Below, one piece after another: positions 55,781-64,000 of a stretch of DNA of 64,000 bases. Position 1 is the stretch's first letter. Each line of letters starts with the position of its first letter. The notes beneath the pieces were generated by a model that worked only from the letters and a program-made list of their open reading frames with translations, made no database searches and was not told where the DNA came from. The translations under genes and the position numbers were made by a program. Source of the DNA: Octopus vulgaris (lineage: Eukaryota); contig OX597814.1 in NCBI GenBank assembly GCA_951406725.2, positions 193,750,001 to 193,814,000 of the forward strand, written 5' to 3'.

Positions 55781-56719
55781 TAAACGAGTGCATTAAAGCA
55801 TGTAACAGAAGCCCAACTTCGCATATAGGAAGTATATCTTATATGTCGTCACTTACAGTAATTCCTTGATGGAACTCCTACCTTGCCCCATCACATTGTT
55901 TAGAGAATTTTTAGGGTTGAGGATGTTGTTATGCTTTTGTCTTGAAAAAGTCTTTTACGTTTTGAGGCTAAGCTCTTCAAAAGAAAGAATAAGAGGAAAT
56001 AAACAAAGAGAGAATGGGAAAAAAACTTGTAGGTTTCAGCGGTCCAAGATGATGAAGCTTTAAAATATACACACATATATATATATATATATATAAGTAC
56101 CAGTTGCGTACTGGAGTCGATCTAATCGACTGGCACCTTCCCCAAAAATTTCGGGCCTTGTGCCTAGAGTAGAAAAGAATATTTAAGGCGACGAGTTGGC
56201 AGAGACGTTAGCACGCCGGGCCTTGAGCCTAGAGTAGAAAAAGTTATGTATGGGTGATTGGCGTTGATCTAAAAAGATAAAAGATATATTGTTACTCTTT
56301 CACAGCGTCGACAGATTCGTGTCATTTATAATCAAGCGAGACATAACACTATTTGGTACTGCTTGCCTTTTACATAACGTGTTTCGAATTCTAATTTCTA
56401 GTATTTCATTTTAAGTGTATTTGTGGTATGTCGATATTGTTGTTGCTCCTTCTACTTCTTCTTCCAATCAGGACTCACGCCATTCGCTACAAAGAATAAT
56501 CTCTAATTCGAGACTACTCTAAGCTACTGAGAATGCGTGTGGCAACTTGAAGATCCACCCACCACACGCGATAGACTGGCGGTTGCACGGGTGCGAAAGC
56601 TACGTTGTTATCCTCATTCCGTAAACGGTGGTTTTTAAAGGGTGGAGAGCTGAACCATCCTGGGGTACAGAATATTCGCAATCTGAAAGTTTACCACACC
56701 ATGGTTCCTCTGCTTTGTG

Positions 56720-57220
56720 ACAGAAGTAGGAAGAAAGAATGAGAGAAAGTTGTGGTGAAAGAATACAGCGGGGTTCACCACCACCCCCGCTGGAACCTCG
56801 TCTGGGAATCGAAACCGCGTTCTTAGGACTACCCTAACCACTGGGCCATTGCGCCTCCACATTGTTGTTGCTGTTTGTTTGTTTGTTCGTCCCATTAGTG
56901 GGAGAAGTCCGAAACGTGGTCCTTTGCTATTCGTAAGACCCGCAGAAGAGAAAGCACGCCAACCCCCGACACCAAGAGCATCGACGGATGGATGAATGCG
57001 CATCCAGGCTCAGCGGTTGCATAGGAAGTCGGGGACAAGAAACAGGAAGAAAGAGTGAGAGAAAGCTGGAGCGAAAGAGTACAATAGGGGTCGCCGGCGC
57101 CTCGTGGAGCTTTAGGTGTTTTCGCTCAATAAACTCACACAACGCCCGGGATGGGAATCGAAACCGCGATCCTCCGACCGCGAGTCCGCTGCCCTAACCA
57201 CTGGGCCATTGCGCCTCCAC
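56720..57220 (-). mobile_element. Two SINE family R copies (one with a third body type)
   Basis: Heads ending ccattgcgcctccac at ~56860 and ~57220. Confidence 0.8.
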
Positions 57221-57679
57221 TATTGTTGCTGTTGATGAAGTTGATTAAGCTCCAGTTCAGTCTTGCTATCGAGTTGACTTATAATCAAAGATAGAGTGAA
57301 GTCATGTGGCCAAGTGGTTAGGGTTTTCGGCTCACGATCATATAATTGTGATTTCGATACTCGGCGGCGCCTTATGTCTCTGAGAAAGATATTTTATTTT
57401 ACATTTTATTCCACTCAACTGACAAAATTGAGTAGTACTTGTATTTCAAAGAGTCAACTTTGTCACATTCTCTGTCACACTGAATCTCCCTGAGAGCTAC
57501 GTAAAGGGTACGCGTGTCTGTGGTGTGCTCAGCCACTTGCACATTAATTTCACGAGCAGGCTGATCCGTTGACTGGATCAACTAGAGTGACAAAATCAAA
57601 GGCACTCAAGATGTGACCATCCCGCCTTTCCTTTCCCGAGACACAGTGTATCATGATAATAATCTTACATACACTTAAG

Positions 57680-58136
57680 CTGGCAGAAACGTTAGCACGC
57701 CGGACGAAATGCTTAGCGGTATTTCGTCCGCAGCTGCGTTCTGAGTTCAAATTCCGCCGAGGTCGACTTTGCCTTTCATCCTTTCGGGGTCGATAAATTA
57801 AGTACCAGTTACGCACTGGAGTCGATATAATCGACTTAATCCGTTTGTCTGTTCTTGTTTGTCCTCTCTGTGTTTAGCCCCTTGTGGGTAGTAAAGAAAT
57901 ATGTATTTCGTCAGCCTTTACGTTCTGAGTTCAAATTCCGCCGAGGTCGACTTTGCCTTTCATCTTTTCGGGGTCGATTAAATAAATTCCACCGAGGTCG
58001 ACTTCGCCTTTCATCCATTCGGGGTCGATTAAATAAGTACCAGTTATACACGGGCGTCGATATAATCGACTTAATCCGTTTGTCTGTCCTTGTTTGTCCC
58101 CTCTGTGTTTAGCCCCTTGTGGGTAGTAAAGAAATA
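57680..58136 (+). mobile_element. SINE family M multimer with ~20-bp TSD
   Basis: taatc(t/c)tacatacacttaag at 57660 and 58142. Confidence 0.9.
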
Positions 58137-58751
58137 GATACTAATCCTACATACACTTAAGTGTCCCTTTTGTTTGTAAGTCGGATGTGATTTGAATTAG
58201 AAGCAGCTACTCTTTCTAGCAGCTCCCTCATTGTTTATGATGGCGGGATATGATTGTCTTTTGTATTGCTTGAAAAAAAGGAGTCACCGGTTAATTGCTG
58301 TTGTTGTTGTTGTACTTTAGTCCCAGCCAACCAGTGGTGGGGCAAGAGTGTTGCCGCATGGAGCAGCCCTCTAGTTTGCACCCCACTACTTCCCCGCCCC
58401 CGCTACTGCTGCCTCTATACGGGTATGTATATCCAAAAATCTCGCCCCCATAAAAGCGTTGCCCGGGAGGGGAGGGATCGGATCGCTTCTCATCCCCCAC
58501 CCAAGCTTATGCTACAGAAAGAAACCAACTCAAATCCTGCTAACCTATAAACAAAATAATTCCAGCATGGTCTCTTCTCTCCACCGTCACTTTTAGCAAT
58601 ATTTAAGACTACAATGTCTAATGTTCCTATCCTTTTATTTCAGGCGACGATGTTTTATAATTTAGCGCAATGGTTCTCAACTGAGATCCATATGACTTTC
58701 GGGAGTCCTCATAAGATATCATTGTTGAAACTTATCTGTAATAAATTGGTT

Positions 58752-59028
58752 AGGCGTAGGAGTGGCTGTGTGGTAAGTAGCTTGCTTACCAACCACATGG
58801 TTCCGGGTTCAGTCCCACTGCATGGCACCTTAGGCAAGTGTCTTCTACTCTAGCCTCTGGTCGACCAAAGCCTTGTGAGTGGATTTGGTAGACGGAAACT
58901 GAAAGGAGCCCGTCGTATCTACTCACAAGACTTTGGTCGGCCGGAGGCTATAATAAAGGTACCACGCAGTGGGGACTGAACCCAGAACCATGAAGCTGGG
59001 AAGCAAGCTTTTTACCACACAGCCACGC
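58752..59028. mobile_element. Adjacent inverted pair of SINE family C 5' halves
   Basis: + copy at 58752-58918 and - copy at 58921-59028. Confidence 0.85.
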
Positions 59029-59457
59029 CGAACTTCCAGTGATTCGGCTTTGAAAACTGTATTATTGTGCCAAATTTTAAAGTTTTCGATAAACTTTAAT
59101 CTTTGAAATGCTGGCAGCCAAACCAATTAGATCCCGTGCGCTTTGTGTAAGTTTGCAGCAACAGTCTTGGAGAGGACACACTTCAGAAGCCAGAAACACG
59201 TTGATCTATGGAAAACATTAGAGAAAGAAACTTAGTGGTTTCTTGCATAAAGATTTATGTACGATTTTTGTGTCTTGTCTAAAGCATAAAGATTTTTCTA
59301 CGTCAGTCGTTGCTAAGCTCCAGATTAGCCTTAATCGAGCAGAACTATGATCAATCAATATGTTCCAGTTATTTTTTTATAGACCCTTAAAATAATACTT
59401 AATTTTTTTTTGGTGGGGGGGGGCAAGATTCTTTATGTGAATTCGTGTGTTGAAGCA

Positions 59458-59660
59458 TATTTTATTGTCTGGGGAGAGTCTTACTCTTTTAGTGCCTTAT
59501 TAATTTAACACACTCACCGGACTGATTTCCACTCATTTAGTGCCTTGTTAATTTAATTAAAGTAAAAATTAATAACTAAATTATTGGAAATCAGATCGGT
59601 GAGTGTGTTAAATTAATAAGGCACTAAAAGAGAATGGCTCTCCCCAGACACAATAAAATA
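59458..59660. repeat. Foldback palindrome (~200 bp)
   Basis: ctcttttagtgccttattaatttaacacactcaccg / cggtgagtgtgttaaattaataaggcactaaaagag. Confidence 0.92.
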
Positions 59661-60064
59661 ATACTGTAAAATATTCTAAATATACTATCTTGTATGCTTT
59701 GATTCCCAAATCTTATATCAATCCCCAGGGGTTATTTTGACCCTAGTTCAGGACCATTGATTTTGAGACAGATTTCGTTGCTATTTTGACCGACAACATA
59801 GAGCATCTTTTTGGATTTGGTAGAGAGTGTTCCTTAAGAGGATCATTGTTTTCTTGTTGTTTAGAATCAGATAAGCCCCGACTGAAGCAACCCTTTTAAA
59901 GATGTTCCACCTGTGACCATCCCATGTTTTCTTCACACAATATTATTTAGGACCCTTTATCTTAACGTGCTTTGCTATTTTTAAAGGCGATAGGGGTCTG
60001 TCTTAGCGGCATTTAACTGCTGTTTTAGGAGGTCGGACGACCGCATAGTGACTCCAGCTTCAAG

Positions 60065-60111
<47 letters not shown>

Positions 60112-60406
60112 TCTTGTTTTGGAGCGGTAGCAGCAGACATGAATGAATAGATTTAGTTGTTTGCTTGACGACGACGACGAGGGCGGCACTGGTTGTGGTG
60201 GTGGAGGTGGTAGTGGTGGTGGTAGTGGTGGTGGTGGTGGTGTTAGTGGTGGTTGTGGTGGTGGTGGTGATGGTTGTAGTGGTAGTGGTGGTGGTGGTGG
60301 TGAAGGGCAGTCCTGATGATGGTTGTTATTGCAGCAACGGCAGCAACAGGAGCAGTAGTGGGTCAGTAGGTACCCGACGTGGGAGGATGTAGACAGTAGT
60401 AGTAGC

Positions 60407-60450
<44 letters not shown>

Positions 60451-62184
60451 CGGTGGTGGTGGTGGTGGTGGTAGGAGTTGTAGTAGTAGTAGTTGTAGTA
60501 GTAGTAGTAGTAGTAGTAGTGTGGCGGCGGCGGCGGTGGCGGTGGTGGTAGTGGTAGTGGTAGGAGTTGTAGTGATGGAGGGTTGTCTAGCGAGATGCCG
60601 TGAAATAACCACCATTACTTACTTCCAATCACTTACACCCCACTGCCGCCGCTACCACCACCACCACCACCACCACCGCCGCCACCACCGCCGCCGCCAC
60701 CATACATCGTTCACCCCGTTAGTGGAATTCACTATCCTAACCATATTGACAGATCCAGGGTGGTGACAGGCAGCGGTGGTGGTGGTGGTGATGATAACAG
60801 TGTTGGTGGTGGTGGTGGTGGTGGTTAGGTAATAGAAAGCGGTTAACACGTGGTGGAAAGAAGGCAGGATACGGGAGAAGGGCAGAGTAAATGAGTTTGG
60901 GTCTATTTACTCGTGAAAGCAATATAAACAGTGTGTGCGTGTATACGTGCCAGTGTGTGTGTGTGTGTCCGTGTGTGTGTGTGTGTGTGTGTATGTGTGT
61001 GTGTGTGCGTGTTTTAAGGGAGTGATGTGGTAGAATCGTTAGAGCGTCGAACAAAAATGCTTCGCGATACTTGTTCTGTTCTGACTCTCGATCTGCGTCG
61101 TGAGTTCGAATCCAGCCGAAGTCCAATTCGCTTTTCATCCCATTCGGGATTAGAAAAACTAGAGATACCAATCCAAGGCCGTGAATTAGGGAAAGCACTT
61201 CGGCCTGGATTTCTTGCCGTATTCACTTTGGCTCTTTACGTTCTAAGTTCAAATACTGCCATGTCCTACATGGTTGGTAACCTTAATCCCCTTCCTTTAT
61301 CACCGTCATCTGGCCCCTCGAGTATCTTTAACGGAGTCTATTCTGTTGCCCACGGAAAAATATAAGATCCACAAGAAGGATTTTTGTACGTCAGTCGTTG
61401 CTAAGCCCCAGATCAGCCTTAGTCGAGCAGAACTATGATCAATATGTTCTAGTTATGACCATCGCGCCAAAAATTCAGAGCTAGGGTCAAAATAACCCCT
61501 GGGGATTCATATAAGATTTGGGGATCAAAGCATAGAAGATAGTATATTTTGTATTTACAGTATTATTTTATTGTGTCTGGGGAGAGCCATTCTCTTTTCA
61601 GCAAATCTAGCGAGCTCTCAACAGGCTGAACTTAAGTCATATCAGAATCAATATAACATTCCTGTTTGAACAAGGAAGCCTTTATACCATCACTTCATAT
61701 GTTTGATAACAGCCAAGTCTCCTTCAAATCGCACCTACAAGTCGTCTTTAGAAAAAATGTGCGACATATTGAATAATACAATATCGAATACATTGCTTAA
61801 ATAATTTACTGATAGAGTTTATCTCTCGATGATTTGCAAATCATTTGACTCCCAAATCCAGGATCATCTCGAAAGGAATCAGTTCAACTTTGCAAATGAA
61901 GTTAAGATTCTTTTACGTGTCTTTTCCTGATGATCGCGATTTGGGGCTGAAACGATATGAAAAATGCCAAGAGATATAAACTCGTTGAATAGATTTTCTG
62001 TAACTTTGCTACTTTCGAGGTTCTGAGATCCCAATAACTGAAAGCGGTCTTCTTTCTTTTTGAACTTTGAATACTATGAACGCTGTTTAAATCAATGTCT
62101 TTCAACCATTTTTTTAATCTATAGATCCCTTTGATCTATAGCCATTCAATGTTTTAAACAATCCCATTATATTTTTATTATTAA

Positions 62185-62325
62185 ATATTAATAGAAATTG
62201 TATAAAAAGAATTAGAATATTTTGTGTATTGTAGAATTATAACCAATATATTATACATGAATTTTAACAAGAAAATTTTATAGGGACCCCCAGGGGCCGT
62301 ATGGATCCCGGTTGAGAACTGCTGG
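62185..62325 (-). mobile_element. hAT-like MITE fragment (related copy at 58668-58751, +)
   Basis: TIR-like cagcagttctcaaccgggatccata versus caatggttctcaactgagatccata. Confidence 0.6.
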
Positions 62326-62841
62326 TTTAAATTAACAATGTAACGCATTTGATCATAAGTCTTTTCAAGCATAGGCTATAACCTGGGGCTAAATTACACA
62401 ACAAAAGACTTCTAGTGCTTAGATAGCATTCCTGATAAAAAAAATATACATTGCAACACTTTCTAGCCAAAGGCAGTAGTAATGACTACCATAAGGGCTG
62501 TTGTTCAATCATAAGCTGTGACCTGGGCTTAAATTACATAACAATACAAGACTTCAAGTGCTTGAGTAGTGGTATTCCAAATATAATAGACATATATATT
62601 GCAAGAGTTTCTAACCGAAAACAGCAGTGTGGTAACTACGTAATCAATACCATAAAGCCCCCATATGTGTTGACAAGCAACATTAAATGAGAAAACAGTA
62701 CCTTGAATATACATACATCTATAGATATAGCTTCTTCTTGACGCTAATCTCAGATCTGTTAAGTAAATCTACATCTCCTGTAGCTTCGACAAGGCTTTTA
62801 TAAGACGACACCCTCCTGTCTTATTTACCCCCGTCATCATA

Positions 62842-63507
62842 CCACAGCTCTGACGCGTTCCAGCTAATCTTCATTTAACTAATCTAAGTTACCACACAGG
62901 TTCACAGCATCCGACCAAACATTAAGTTCTAACTTCGTATTTTCACAGATATTCGAGGTGCGTGGGGGAAAACAGAGGGTACAGCTGGTTCGGGTTTTGT
63001 TTTTGTTTTTGGTTCTCTTTTTGTGACATTTTTCCATTCCAAGCAGGTAATGTACCACTTATTTCGTGTTTCCTCATAGACTTTCGTATTTTTTTTTTTT
63101 ATCCAGACAATTCTCTGAACTAAGAGAAAAAAATAGCTTAAAATCACCAGATCAGAGAATTACATAAAACAGGGGTTACCCACAGCTCTGACGCGTTCCA
63201 GCTAATCTTCATTTAACTAATCTAAGTTACCACACAGGTTCACAGCATCCGACCAAACATTAAGTTCTAACTTCGTATTTTCACAGATATTCGAGGTGCG
63301 TGGGGGAAAACAGAGGGTACAGCTGGTTCGGGTTTTGTTTTTGTTTTTGGTTCTCTTTTTGTGACATTTTTCCATTCCAAGCAGGTAATGTACCACTTAT
63401 TTCGTGTTTCCTCGTAGACTTTCGTATTTTTTTTTATCCAGACAATTCTCTGAACTAGGAGAAAAAATAGCTTAAAATCACCAGATCAGAGAATTACATA
63501 AAACAGG
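62842..63507. repeat. Near-perfect tandem duplication (~330-bp units)
   Basis: 62842-63173 and 63180-63507, with a ggttac spacer. Confidence 0.95.
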
Positions 63508-63651
63508 TTTTTTTTTCTGCTTCTTATAAGTTATATAGCCCCAGGTTAAACCTGATTCAGTGAAGCTACATTCCAAGGCGTTACAACCGTGACTCTTCCA
63601 TATTTTCTTCATGGATTCTCCGTCGGTTATGACGATGGGTATTTAGTTGAT

Positions 63652-64000
63652 GTGGAGGCGCAATGGCCCAGTGGTTAGGGCAGCGGACTCGCGGTCGTAG
63701 GATCGCGGTTTCGATTCCCAGACCGGGCGATGTGAGTGTTTATTGAGCGAAAACATCTAAAGCTCCACGAGGCTCCGGCAGGGGATGGTGGTGATCCCTG
63801 CTGTACTCTTTCACCACAACTTTCTCTCACTCTTACTTCCTGTTTCTGTTGTACCTGTATTTCAAAGAGCCGGCCTTGTCACTCTCTGTGTCACGTTGAA
63901 TATCCCCGAGAACTACGTTAAGGGTGCACGTGTCTGTGGAGTGCTCAGCCACTTAGACGTTAATTTCACGAGCAGGCTGTTCCGTTGATTCGGATCAACC
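63652..64000 (+). mobile_element. SINE family R (runs off the window)
   Basis: tgtggaggcgcaatggcccagtggttagggcagcggactcgcgg; B-box-like ggtttcgattccc. Confidence 0.92.

Noticed and set aside
63652-63730. tRNA-like sequences at SINE heads
   Set aside because: They continue into SINE bodies and lack a clean cloverleaf; not tRNA genes

Overview
AT-rich, repeat-saturated eukaryotic DNA, most likely from an octopus or related coleoid cephalopod. That assignment is an inference from the tRNA-derived SINE families and the very dense (TA)n/(CA)n/(ATAC)n/(AGAT)n/(AAT)n microsatellites. Almost all listed ORFs are microsatellite or SINE artefacts. Supportable content: (1) one probable first coding exon of a secreted or membrane protein gene (+, 42450-42685, signal peptide, GTGAGT donor); (2) a full-length U6 snRNA copy (-, 34374-34480); (3) three abundant SINE families; (4) decayed R4/Dong-type RLE LINEs embedded in specific microsatellites; (5) a fragmented RTE LINE; (6) two Penelope-like (GIY-YIG) remnants; (7) mariner elements and a non-autonomous Helitron. 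The most unusual signal is about a dozen minimal hammerhead-ribozyme-like motifs. They have palindromic stem III, some have variant cores or very long stem II, and they sit in short non-coding repeats usually next to (TA)n tracts. There are also several 170-420 bp foldback hairpins and template-switch-like rearrangements. All family assignments were made by eye and many boundaries are approximate.
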